Assembly: GCA_040285825.1 (NCBI GenBank)
Contig: JAUPSS010000007.1
Span: forward strand, 3,052,469-3,116,468
DNA length: 64,000 nt
Reading direction: 5' to 3'
DNA from: Eukaryota sp. TZLM1-RC
Taxonomy: Eukaryota > Protista > Metamonada: BaSk clade
Positions 1-12,491 of the stretch are shown one piece after another (within the stretch, counting starts at the first letter, position 1; every line of letters begins with the position of its first letter). Below the pieces are notes generated by a model, which saw nothing but the letters and a program-made list of their open reading frames with translations, did no database searches and was not told the origin of the DNA. The position numbers and the translations under genes are program-made.

Positions 1-159
1 AGTGTTAGTCTTGAATAGTATTTATAGTTTAATTGTATAGTTTATTAGTATTCCGCCTATTAGTTTAAGAAAAGAGAATACAATTCCTCTTCGTAATAAA
101 TTTCATTACTTTTACTCTGTATGTCTGACACTAACTCGTCTAGACCATCAATAATTACA

Positions 160-1640
160 AAACAAAACAAATTAAAACACATAAGAAACAAAATTCTCCA
201 CACTAACTCTCGATGAATATTTGTACAGCTTGGACATCATTAAATTTAAATACTTGGGAACACTTCTATACAAAGCAAAAATGAAACGATTCTTCCATTA
301 ATAGCCAGCAAAATTCTTACTACTTGAACGACCAAAACTATCAAAATCATTAAGACAATTCAAACCAGATTGACCAATGTTACCAAAAATAGAGAAGACA
401 AAAGGAACAAAAGAAAATTTCGAGTAAAGGTTCCTATTTAAATCAGTCAATAACTCAGCATATTTGTCTCGTTTTCGAACCTTAGAATTGTTCAAGTGGA
501 CATTAGAACTAACTACGACATCATCACGATAAATTGAAGCAACGGGATCAACAGTAGTAAAATCAACAACAACTTGAGAGGAATCCACAAAAGAAGCAAT
601 TAAATCACCTCGACGTGAATTAAACAGATTATTATCACTATAATGCTTCAACAACGGTTCTACTTTGCAACTAAAATTGTAACACTTGAACATCTCATCC
701 GATATTGAAGAAATTTCTTACAACTAACAATATGACGGAAATTGGCAGTAGGTTTTTCGTTACAAATACAAACAGAATTATCCAAAAGACCACTTGGATA
801 CAGCCCTAATCTCAAACGCTTGTATTGTTTCCAAGCTTTAATTGTTAAGTGAAGACCAAATGGCCTTGGTTGCTGAGAAATTTAACTAGTACAATTTTGA
901 ATGTCTGACAAAAAGGCAGCAAATACAGAATTATTAATCATAGTCACACTAAGTCGCTTGAAAAAACCTGGTCTTCAAAACCATTTAAAACAGACTTCTG
1001 TAATTTCACAACAGCAAGATCAAGATTAGTCACAGATCTCGAAGAGATAGAAGGCAAACTTGAAGGAAAACACGTATTCCACTCATCAATAGGTAATTCT
1101 TGCAACATATTTTCGAGAGATTTCAATAAAGGATGAGATTTATTCAAAGAAATTTCATCAAACCGGAGTTTCCATTCAAAAAGAAAATTTTTCATACCAC
1201 CAATGAAAGCACTTTTGCATAAATATTCTGCTTTTGAAAAGCCAACTCCAGCAAATTTAACTAAAAAACGCATGATAAAGAATTTTTGACGGACATATTT
1301 CCACCAAATTACCTAAAAAATTGTATCTCAAAGCACTAAATCGACGTGCAAAATCCTGTGAAATTGTGGGGGATAAAAAACGAAGAAGGTGATTAATTTT
1401 TGATCCAAAACACACATTTAAGACCGAAAACGCTAAATTCTTGTCAATTTTTAACTCTTGAATAGCTAAAAGTTACTTCTCAATTTTTTCCAAAATGCTG
1501 GTCAAAATCGATTTAATTTTTTCACTGTTTCCAAAATAGGAGCCAAGAAAACGAACTAAATATGCTTCATAATCAATTTGATGAAAGTCTCATTAAGTGC
1601 TACATCAACATTCTGTTTACCAATAATGAAACATTTGGGC
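160..1640 (-). mobile_element. Degenerate non-LTR retrotransposon fragment (family C): RT thumb, knuckle, RLE
   Basis: ORFs 298-693 (SRRGDLI..VVVDFTTVDP..KRDKY, RLE motif) and 944-1273 (KFAGVGFSKA); same family as 43586-44493; frameshifted. Confidence 0.85.
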
Positions 1641-1669
1641 AATTTGATAATAACTTTTATTTATTACAA

Positions 1670-1865
1670 AACTTATAAATCAACATTAAAATAATCTATC
1701 TCTCCCAAAACAAAACAACTAAATGCAACTTTCTCATAGTGAGGTCCAAGTGATATCAAAGCATCAGAAACCATCTTCAACATCCCCTTAAATTTAGAAA
1801 ACACAATTCTATTTTGCTAAAGCAATTTGTTAAAACTTCTATTGGTTCTTTTCTTCAAAATCTGC
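1670..1865 (-). mobile_element. RLE retroelement 3'-end fragment
   Basis: Translates to ..QNRIVFSKFKGMLKMVSDAL.., the C-terminal motif shared by the other copies. Confidence 0.65.
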
Positions 1866-1925
1866 CAAAAAACATAAAGCAGTTGGTATAAACTTGACTT
1901 GCAAATTCATATTTCTTATCCTCAT

Positions 1926-3600
1926 ATGAGCAATCTTCAAGTAGAACGTCCTGATTTACTTCCTGGTCTTCCTGGTGGCGATAAGCTTAAACTATTATGG
2001 CATTACTTTATGGTTATCTGCGAAACTCCTCATGGTTCATTCCATTCCAAACCCCTTTCCGATCGATTTGTTGAAATCGCCAAGGAATTGAAGTTGGAGG
2101 TAGAGCAGGATGAGGCCCACAATGTTGTGGTCCGAAAACCGGCCTCTGATCCCAAATATGAGAAAATACCATCCATTTGCTTTCAAAGTCACTTTGTATG
2201 AAACGTTTTGCCTTTCTCAACTCAGGATATGGTATGCATACAATTATATCAAATAACCATAGGTCTGTCAATCAGACTCTTCAGTCGATTTCAAAGCGCA
2301 AGGTATCAAACCTGAACTTGATGGTAACAAGATGAAGGGCTACATTGGAGACATTCCCACTACTCTTGGAGCTGACAATGGTCTTGGTTGTGCTGCTCAG
2401 CTCGCCATGATGGCTGCCAAGTTTGATCATGGTCCATTGGAATTCCTCTTCACTTCTGATGAGGAAGTAGGTCTTATCGGAGCTGCTGCCATTAAACCTG
2501 GTTTCTTCAAATCTGAAACCATCGTCAACTTTGACGAGGAAGATCTTGTTTGTTTACTTTTCTTCCTTTTTTAACCATAGAGCATTTGTGTTGGATGCGC
2601 TGGTGGATTCCAAAATGATCTCACAATGACTGTTGAAAGAGCCCAAGCTCCTGCCACTCACGGAGCCTACTCCGTTGACCTTAAAGGACTGTATGGAGGG
2701 CACAGCGGTGCCGATATTGAGAAGCAACGTGCTAATGCTATTATACTTATGGGTAGACTGTTATCACATGTTCGCAAGGTAGTTCCTGATGCTGAACTCT
2801 TAATTGAATCATTCTGTGCAGGAACTGCTCACAACGCAATGTATGTCTCTTTTTCCTTTCTTAACTTAGTCCCCGTGCAGCCAACGCTACTTTTTACATC
2901 AACAAAAACCATGCTGATAAGGTCTTTGTTGAGATGAACAACTTAGCTGATGCTATGAGACAGGAATACAATGGTATTGAGCCTGATGTTGTCTTGGAAA
3001 TCAGGCCAGCCCAACGAAGTGAGTGTCCACTAACTGCAGCTTCCACTAGGAAACTCTTGGCTGCTGTCGTCATTGCCCCCAATGGTGTTGTTCGTTTTGA
3101 TCCAGTTTTTAAACATTTAACCGAAACCTCACAAACTAATACCATTTTAACACTCAAAAAGGATAGTAACAAGGCTGTTTTCTTGGTATCTTCCCGTTCA
3201 TCAAGCCGTTCCCAAATTGAGGCACTGAAACTTAGAATTGAGGCTTATGCTAGCAGTACTGAAATGGATTGCACTCCTCCTCAAAGTGCTTATCCTCCTT
3301 GGGTGCCCAAATACGATGCTCCCATTGTCAATTTAACTGTAGAAGCTTATAAGGAAGCCATCCAAAAGGACCCTCAAGTTTATGTCGTTCATGGGGGTTT
3401 AGAACCTTCTCTGTTTAGCGACTTGAATCCTAATATGCAATGTGTATCTATTGGTATGTTGATTGTTGTTATTGTTAATCTTAGGTCCCCATATTAAAAA
3501 CCCACACACTCCCCAAGAGTATTTAGAAGTTGATTCTGTTGAGCCTTTCTGGGATTTGACTATGAAATTAGTTGAACTTTGGAATAAAAAATTCCAGTAA
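1926..3600 (+). CDS. pepD: Aminoacyl-histidine dipeptidase (peptidase D, M20 family), 6 exons
   Basis: Introns 2196-2225, 2232-2262, 2548-2580, 2841-2869 and 3454-3484 splice in frame to give QSHF-DM-VC, TTLGADNGLG, FTSDEEVGLIGA, VGCAGG, GGHSGADI, HNAIPR, HGGLE and SIGPHIKNPHTPQE; TAA at 3598-3600. Confidence 0.93.
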
Positions 3601-4239
3601 TTAAATAGGAGATTTTATCTCTCAGTTGTTTATAAATATTTATCATCTTTTATTTCTTTAGGGTAACGAATTCTGTAACGGAAGACAAGCAAAAAACTAG
3701 GTTTGCCAAAAGTCTTGAGTTATTGTTGGTTTTTTCAAAAAAAACACTGTTGAAGACTGGTTTGGCAAATGTTATGTTGACATTGAAATTTGTAATGATG
3801 ATGAAGAAGATGTTTAGAAATATGATAATAAATAAAAGTTATTAAACTATATGTTGGTGGATGTTTCCTTATGGATTTAATGAAAGTACACGCTAAGTGG
3901 TTTTTCAAGTCAAGTCAATTTTACAAGTCTACTTGAGTCATCTGTCAACATTACCAAAATCGTAATAGTTCCGGTAATTAAATTCATTTTTTGATGTTAC
4001 TTTCTCCATTTCTCTGTTCAGTACCTATCACCACCAATCTGTACAATTTAGCTGAATTGACTCTTTCATTGTTGATCTAATTAAATATTAAATAGAGTAT
4101 CTCAGGCTTATAAATCCAAATCTCTGCTGAAACAAAACAAACTCGATGCATCTACTCGTTGTGAGATTCAAGGGGAACCAGAGCATCAGAAACCAGCTTC
4201 AACATCCTCTTAAAAACAATTCCATTCTGACAGAACCTC

Positions 4240-4756
4240 TGTTTATTGACTTTTGTTAAAAAACAATGAATGGCTTTTAAACATGCGTTTTCGTTGTTTT
4301 CTATGACCAAACAATTTGCCCAATCATTTAACATGTAAATGTGGTAAACCTCTTTTGTTTACTCATCTTTTGAACTGTAAACATTCCATTACATTTAGAC
4401 GTAAAATACATATTGATGTGAGGGACCAAATTTATGTAATGTGTAATCACATCGGGTAGATTGCTTTTTGAAGCCTTTGGTATCGAGGTTAATTCTTGAT
4501 GCCCCTGATATTGATAGTACGCGCTACAACAGAACTTCTATGGGTCTGACAAGAGGTGAGTTGGTTGTTCCCGGCTTACAAGTTAGTTTTTAATATTTTA
4601 GACGCCATGTCCATTGACCCTTTTAATTCTTCTGACGAACATTTCATTAACTCAGATGTAAATAATCCTTTTCTTGCAGGCGAAAAATATAAAGTTGCTC
4701 AATATGCGAAAACTATTTCCTCAGTTAATGAAAATTCTCATGCCCAATATAATTTA
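4240..4756 (+). mobile_element. Family B retroelement fragment (RLE region), interrupted by a family E insertion
   Basis: Matches 32589-33200 in reverse; sequence resumes at 5494-5540 after the insert. Confidence 0.8.
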
Positions 4757-5493
4757 ATGGACAAATGCTCGTAGGATGAGGCGTTTTCTGTGGCCATGCA
4801 GTGTGCCAAATGATTTGATTTGTGTAAATTTAATACATATCGCTCAGTTGTTCATGATGCTGTTAGAAACCAACTATACGCTGAGTGCAAAAGTCATCAC
4901 ATTGAAGCTTTTGTTGAACCATTTGTGCGTAGGTTGTCACCTGAAAATGAAGATGAAAATACTTTTGGGAAACGCCGTGCTGATTTAATTACATTAGGGT
5001 CTGATGCTGTGATAAAAGTTGTTGATGTTGTCACTGTTGATGTTTGTAAGGATTCAGCAATTGATGTTGCCAATAAGGATGAAACTCCGCTCTGCTTTGC
5101 TGAAAAGAGCAAAATCAAAAAGTACAGTGAACCCGTATCTCAGCTAGGACGTGTTGAACATGTCAAGTATCAGCTGGTTCCACTTGCTGTTTCTCTTTTT
5201 GGTAACATTGGAATATCTGGAATTAAATTTCTCGAAAGTTTCAGAAGTTTACTGAAAGAAAGAGCGGGAAAAGAATTGAACTTCAATTTCTGGCACAAGA
5301 GAATTGTTTTCAGTAAACTTAAAGCAATTTCCGAAATGATAATTAAAGCACTGTTACAAATAGGAATAGAGTATGAGAATCGCGCATTGAAGAGGTTTGA
5401 TGATGTTGATGTGTGTATTGAGGATATTGAGTTCTATTTTTTTTTGTTTAATGTTTTGTTAGCGTTGAAAATACAAAGTTGATATTGGAAAAA
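4757..5493 (+). mobile_element. 5'-truncated family E retroelement (RLE domain) with 11-bp TSD
   Basis: ORF 4820-5482 (VHDAVRN..RRADL..VVDVVTVD..KIKKY); AATATAATTTA at 4746-4756 and 5494-5504. Confidence 0.85.
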
Positions 5494-5537
5494 AATATAA
5501 TTTATGTCCCTTTGTTTTTTCTTTGCTTGGATCTCTA

Positions 5538-6148
5538 GGTAATATTCCAGAAAAAAATGTTTTAAATTTGAAGTACACTCTTCGAACATTACAGAAACGA
5601 TTGACTGAAATGTATGAAAATGATCTTTATAATAATATATGCAGCTCGGCTGTTTTAAATCAAGATCTTCACTCATTGTTATTGGAAAAGGGTGTTTGTG
5701 AAAGTAAGTCGTCAGATTCTTCACTTTTTGTAACCATTGTACCACGAAGATTTGGATTGTGTGTCACTAATGAAGCATTTGTAACAAAAATGAGATTATA
5801 TTTGAACATCCCCATTAATCAATTATTATCAAAAGAAAAATGTATTTGTTCGAATTCACCTCAACTCATTTTGCGCCATGCTCTGAATTGCTCTAAATTG
5901 ATAACTTATCGTTCTTCATAACATGATGCTGTTAGAGACACTGTTTTCAATATGGCACAAACTGCAAGGATATCGTGTATCAAAGAGCCTCTGCTGAAAG
6001 AAACACTGTGTCTGAATAATTTTGTTTCTGATGATAGAGGTGATGTATACTGTGATTGGATTGATAATTCTGAAGCTATTGTTGACTTTGTCTCATGTAA
6101 TGTTGCAAATGATACTTTGGTTCACAGTAGAAAACTTAATCCTGTGAC
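5538..6148 (+). mobile_element. Family A retroelement internal fragment
   Basis: Near-identical to ~18305-18915. Confidence 0.9.
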
Positions 6149-6167
6149 TGTTGTAAAGGAAAGAACT

Positions 6168-6676
6168 TTTTAAAGATAAGATTTTATTCAACAACGAATA
6201 TGAAAACATAAAATGAACAATTAAAACTCCACATCCTCAAAACCTGCCTCCCCTACATCAAAACAATTAATTGCTAAAGATTCAGAAAATTTCCCAAAAG
6301 AAGACAGTGAATCAGAAATCAGTTTTACCATTCCCTTAAAAACAGAAAATATAATCCTGTTGTGCCATGAAACACGATTGAAAATTCTTCCAGTTCTTTC
6401 CTTTACAACAACAACAAAATCTTCAAGGAAAGCCATAGCAGCCTTACCCAAAGATCCAAGCAAAGAAAATACAAATGGACATAAATTATATTGTGCATGA
6501 GAATTTTCATTAATCGAGGAAATGGGTTTCGCATATTTAGCAATTTTATATTTTTCGCCTGCAAGAACAGGATTATTTATATCTGAGTTAATGAGATGTT
6601 CGTTAGAGGAATTACAAGGGTCAATAGACATGGCGTCTAAAATAGTAAAACTACCCAGGGAAAAAGAAAAAACGAA
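6168..6676 (-). mobile_element. 5'-truncated family B copy inserted antisense into another family B 3' end (6149-6890, +)
   Basis: ORF 6221-6703; TSD AAAGGAAAGAACT at 6155-6167 and 6677-6689. Confidence 0.8.
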
Positions 6677-6904
6677 AAAGGAAAGAACTGAAAGAATTTT
6701 CAATCGTGTTTACTGGCAAAATAGTATTGTACTTTCTATTTTTAAGGCAATGGAAAAACTATTTTCTGATTCACTCTCTTCTTTTGGGAAATTTTCTGAA
6801 TCTTTAGCAATTAATTGTTTTGATGAAGTGGAGAAATATTTTGAGAATGTAAAGTTTTAGTTGTGTATTTTATGTTTTCATATTGCTTATTAAGAGAAAA
6901 GAGA

Positions 6905-9290
6905 AGAAAAAAAAGATGAAGCAAGTGGTCCAAGCGTACCATTTAAGGAAAAAGCAAATGGACAAAGAACGTAATGAGTGTGAGATTCATCGTTCAAGAA
7001 AACCAACTTTGCTTTATATTTATCAATTTTAGAATTTTGGTAACAGACAGCGGATTCTTGTGTTTTGACTGAGCTAATGGTATGACGAATTATTACACAC
7101 ATCTGTTGATCTCACATCATTAATGATAGTGGTCCCATCAAGTCCGTCAAGCATTAAATCACCTCTGTTACGACCAAAAGAATTCCAAGTACCTTCGTCA
7201 ACCAAACCAGGAAGTTAAGGTTTTAACTAGAAAACAATTTTGTGTGATTTGGATATTCAATAAAGCTGATCTCTAACCTGCATCATGGACTTTTGATCGA
7301 AAAGTAATAAAATGTTTACAATTAAACAAATGATTTGGAGAAATTTTTGTTCCACATTTGCAAACCAATTTCTTTTAAATTTTGAATTTATTACTTTCAA
7401 CAAACTAAATGCAAAAGTTAAAATTCTAAATCTTCATATCCAAAATCAGTCAACAAAAATTGACTGGAAATATTTCCTTCATCAAAGCGACCAAGACATA
7501 ATAAAGCAGAAGACAATAACGATAAAACACCAAGAAAAGTCGGATGCCTGTCTCCTCAAATATGGTCCAAATGCTTTCCTACCGATATTCAAGAAATTCC
7601 ACCCAGAAGTCCACTATTTTAAACAGGGTGATCCTCTTGGTCCTTTTTTCTTTTAAGCACTTCATCCTTTAATGTGCGAATTAAAAGAAAGATTTCCAGA
7701 AATAGATATTGTAGCATATACAGATGACATTTCTGTCATTTCTCCTATTTCACTTCTCAGAAAATAGCAACTTTTATTCAACAGCGTTATGAAGATATTG
7801 GTCTTTCATTAAATATTGCCAAATGTCTGATTTTTGGCCATGAACAAATTGATTATTTCATTAATGACGTCAATGTCCCCTTCATCAATTACGATCAGTC
7901 TAATTTTCGTTTTTTGGGTTGTTATCTCGGAAACATTAATGATGTCAAAAGCTAACTTTCGAATTTGTTGTCTCAATTCGGAAATGAATTAAAATCAGTT
8001 GAAAACTTAAATATGGAAAAACATTTGAAATTCTTTTTTTAAAAAATTTGTTATTCTGGAAAGTTTACTCATATTTTGAGATCACCATCACCATCAATTT
8101 CTTTGGAATTTTGTCGTATTTTTAATGAACAACGGACCAATTTGTTGGCAAAATTATAAGAAATTGTGCATCTCCATTACGAAGCCACATTTTTTGTGGT
8201 ACAGATTTTGGTGGTGTTGATTTTTATTGATCAAGCTATCTTTTAAAGCTGCATTTATTGGAGGTGGTAAAAATTTTATCTTTGAATTTGTGAAATATCT
8301 GGATTTAAAAAAAATTCCCTCTGATATTGTGGAACTTCCTTCAAGAAGCTTGCTCTTTTTACTACTGACTTTTGCCAAATTGCAGAAAAAAATCTTAAAA
8401 GTCTTAGAAAACTTGGATTATATTGTACGTCTTAGCTTGGCTAAAGAAAAAAATCCCGTTTTTGCAAACTTTTTGATTGATCTTGAAGACAGTTGCTCAA
8501 GTTGCCTAATCGCCCAAATTCCCAACATTTATGGCCCTCTACTTAATGATCACCAATGGACCACTGCAATGAAAATGAAATGTTTCTTATGGCTTTGTCC
8601 GTTACCAAATGATTTAATTTGTCGCTGCAAGAGTGTCGTTACGCTTTCCCTTATTTCAAACTGCAAATATTTTATTACTTATCGCTCAATTGTTCATGAT
8701 TCAGTTCGTGATCAACTATATGCCATGTGCAAAAGTTTCAATATTGAGGCATTTATTGAACCGTTAGTTCGTGACTTTCCCTAGATCAAACTGTGGTTAT
8801 TTTGGTAAAAGAAGGGTAGATTTAGTAGCTCCAGGGATCGATGGTGTTCTCAACGTTGTGGATGTTGTCTCAGTTGATGTTTGCAAAAATTCTGCTGCTC
8901 GTTTAGTGTATTCCGCTGATTCGCCGTTATCTAACGCCGAAAAAAAAGAAGATAAAAAAATATGAAGAACCTTTGGCACAGTTAGGTAGAGTGGAACATG
9001 TGAAATATCAGTTTGTGCCGTTTGCAATTTCTCTTTTTGGCAATATTGGACCTTCAGGGTTGCACTTTTTTGAAAATTTTAAATAAGTTTTGCAATATAG
9101 ATTTCGTAAAAAAATTCCACTTTCTGGTTATATAGAATTGTCTTTTGCATTTTCAAGTCTATTCCGACAATGATTTCTAAAGCTCTTTTAGCTATTGGTG
9201 TAGAATATGAACGAAGAACTGTGAGTATGTTTAGTAGTAATGACGCTTGTTCAGAGGATATTGAATACTAGATAGAATTTAATTTCAATA
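6905..9290. mobile_element. Mosaic of RT/RLE fragments from several families
   Basis: Minus-strand RLE 6905-7300; plus-strand KQGDPLGP at ~7621, RT thumb, VHDSVRD and KRRVDL..VVDVVSVD to ~9270; many stops and frameshifts. Confidence 0.8.
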
Positions 9291-9296
9291 TAAATA

Positions 9297-10609
9297 ATGT
9301 TGTATTTATTGAATTTGCACACTTAATTAAATTAACTCATAACTAATGGAACGACTATCATTGAACCAAGATTTTCTCTACAAAATCTTGATCTGCTTGC
9401 TGTCTAGCTAAAGCTTCTCTTATTCGATTGAAAAACCGTGGTAATCTATTAATAATGGCAAATTGAATCCGTGAACGCCATAAAAATATATCAAATCTTT
9501 TCATTGTTTTTTCTTGCACCATTTTTTGGAAGTCATTCAAAAAAGTTTCTGCTTCAACTGATAATCTTCCATTTATCGGAAATGATAAAGCAATAAAAAC
9601 CAGCTGTGTATTTCTATCGACATTAGCCTCTTCAATATCTTTATCATATTTTCTATGTTTCTCTTTTGCTTTAAAATCCAGAGCAGCCACAGGATTAAGT
9701 TTTCTTCTGTGAACCAAAGTATCATTTGCAACATTACATGAGACAAAGTCAACAATAGCTTCAGAATTATCAATCCAATCACAGTATACATCACCTCTAT
9801 CATCAGAACCAAAATTATTCAGAGAAAGTGTTTCCTTCAGCAGGGGCTCTTTGATACACGATATCCTTGCGGTTTGTGCCATATTGAAAACAGTGTCTCT
9901 AACAGCATCATGTTATGAAGAACGATAAGTTATCAATTTAGAGCAATTCAGAGCATGACGCAAAGTGAGCTGAGGTGAATTCGAACAAATACATTTTTTC
10001 TTTTGATAATAATTGATTAATGGGGATGTTCAAATATAATCTCATTTTTGTTACAAATGCTTCATTAGGGGCACACAATCCAAATCTGCGTGTTACAATG
10101 GTTACAAAAAGTGAAGAATCTGACGACTTGTTTTCACAAACACCCTTTTCCAATAACAATGAGTGAAGATCTTGATTTAAGACAGCCGAGCTGCATATAT
10201 TATTATAAAGCTCTTTTTCATACATTCCAGTCAATCGTTTCTGTAATGTTCGAAGAGTGTACTTCAAATTTAAAACATTTTTTTCTGGAATATTGCCATT
10301 GAATGATTGGGGAAAACATCGACCCCATTTTTCTGAATCAATTTTTGAAATTTCTTCATTTAATGCAAAAACAGTGGAACTGTGCGTTGTCATCAATCAA
10401 TCTTCCCAATCTGCAAATCTTTCGGAAAACTCAAAGATTTCATTTCTGCATCCACCAACAAAAGCACACGAGGTAAGTATAGAAGCCTTCGTCCACCCTA
10501 AACCGCCATAATGTGGACTAAGGTAAGCATGATCTGGAATTTGAAACATTTTGCATCCCAGTAATTGAGACAGAACTTTTGCACGTAATTCATTAAACTT
10601 CTGAGCCAA
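9297..10609 (-). mobile_element. 5'-truncated family A retroelement with 11-bp TSD
   Basis: ORFs 9358-9882, 9938-10396, 10397-10609; CAATATAAATA at 9286-9296 and 10607-10617. Confidence 0.92.
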
Positions 10610-10619
10610 TATAAATACA

Positions 10620-12340
10620 GTTTACAAAAAAACATCCAGTAAAAAATTTGCAAAATCGGGATTTTTTTGTTTGGTTATGCCAAGACGTACTTCATAATCC
10701 AAGCCTTCAAATATTACTGTCAGTTTTTGTTGAAGCTTCTTTACACAATACCTTAAATTAACTAAATTTCGTGGAGGAATTTCTTGAACTGAATCGGGAA
10801 AACATTTACACCAAATTTCTGGTGCAGTTTTATTAATAGCAACATCAACGTCATACAAATTTTTGGAAAATGATGGATTAAGCAAATGGCTATCTTCAGG
10901 AAAACGATTAAGAAATTCAAAAGTAAAATTTTTCCACCACCAACAAAAGCTGCTTGACACAGAATTGAAAATTTAATAAAGCCAACACCACCAATTTGTG
11001 AAGATAAGAACAAGTGGGCTCGAATTAACTCAGGATTCACTACTAATAGGGAAGCAAACAAAGTTACACGAAGTTGATTAAATGATCGGCAAAAATCAGT
11101 GGACAAAAATGGTGCTGTCGATCTTAATAAATGAGTAATTTTTCCGGAGTAACAAATTTTTAAATTAGAAAATTTAATATGTTTTTCAATTTCTAATTCA
11201 GAAATTAATTGAGGCCCATTACCAAGTTTTTCAGCAATTTCATTAAGATTTTCAGTTATTTTATCAACATTTCCTACCCCACAACCTAAAAAACGAAAGG
11301 CTTCGTGAGAATAATTGGTAAAAGGAATTTTACAATTATTAATTTCTTGATTATTAGTTATTTCTTGGACGCTGTTATGAAAGAATATATAAAATTGCTA
11401 AATACGCGAAACCCTTTTCCTCTTTAAATGAAAATTCTCATGTCCAATATAATTTATGTCCCTTTGTTTTTTCTTTGCTTGGTTCTTCATGTAAGGCTGC
11501 TATGGCATTCCTTGAGGATTTTGTTGTAATTGTAAAGGCAAGAACAGGAAGAATTTTCAATAGTGTTTACTGGCAAAACAGGATTGTATTTTCTATTTTT
11601 AAGAGAATGAAATTAATTTCTGATTCGCTCTCTTCGTTTGGCAAATTTTCTGAATCTTTGGCAATTAGTTGTTTTGATGTAAATGAGGCAAATTTATAGG
11701 ATGTGGAGTTTTGGTTATGTATTTCATGATTTCATATTCCTTATTAGATAAAAGAAATTTTGGCAGACAAATCTGTTAAGATTTCTCCTGCTTTTAACAA
11801 TCATTTCAAATTCTGCCAACAAACGTAAAGCAAGTGAAACAAATAGAGAAAATACAATTTGTATCCATTTGTATGCTGTTGGGTAGACAATTTGGACAAC
11901 GGTTCACTATGGTTTTTGATTGAAGAGGATCATGAATTTCAGAATTAACAAGCCTTTCATTTGAGACTTCACAAGGATCAACAGACATTACATCCACTAA
12001 AGTGAAGGTTCCATCTAATCCAGGTAACATCACCTCTATTACTCATGAAATCATCTTAGGCTTCAAACAGATTTGACAAATAGAGGTTCTGCAATTGTTT
12101 GTTAGAAAGTAATCAGACGAGAAACTGGGATAACATCCGTTTCCGCATAGACTCTTTGATAGACCAGATTCTTGCATTCATTACAACATTAAAAACAGTG
12201 TCATTGAAGGCATTGTGCATTGTAGAACAAGAAATTATCAATTTGAGACAAATAAGAGCATGTTGTAAGGTGAGCTGTGATGAATTAGACAAATACATCT
12301 TGGTCAATTGGAATATTCAAATATAATCTCATTTTTGTTA
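10620..12340. mobile_element. Further retroelement fragments (family G minus strand, family B 3' end plus strand, diverged RLE/family A minus strand)
   Basis: ORFs 10622-11106 (GGVGF..AFVGGGK), 11475-11699, 11806-12033, 12113-12307. Confidence 0.78.
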
Positions 12341-12491
12341 TTACTAACACATAGCCCAATCAAAAAATTAAAAAACCATTTGTTGAGGATTTGAAACAAC
12401 TTTTGTAAAAAAACAATATAATCAAGGATAAACAAATCCAAATTAAACTTAATTAAATTTACAAAAAATTGAAATACAATATATACATAAA

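Noticed and set aside
1-160. Possible LTR end (AATAAA, ends in CA)
   Set aside because: Cut by the window edge; no second copy or internal domain to support it
6149-6167. 19-nt inverted templated insert at a junction
   Set aside because: Better explained as the left part of the target family B copy including its 13-bp TSD
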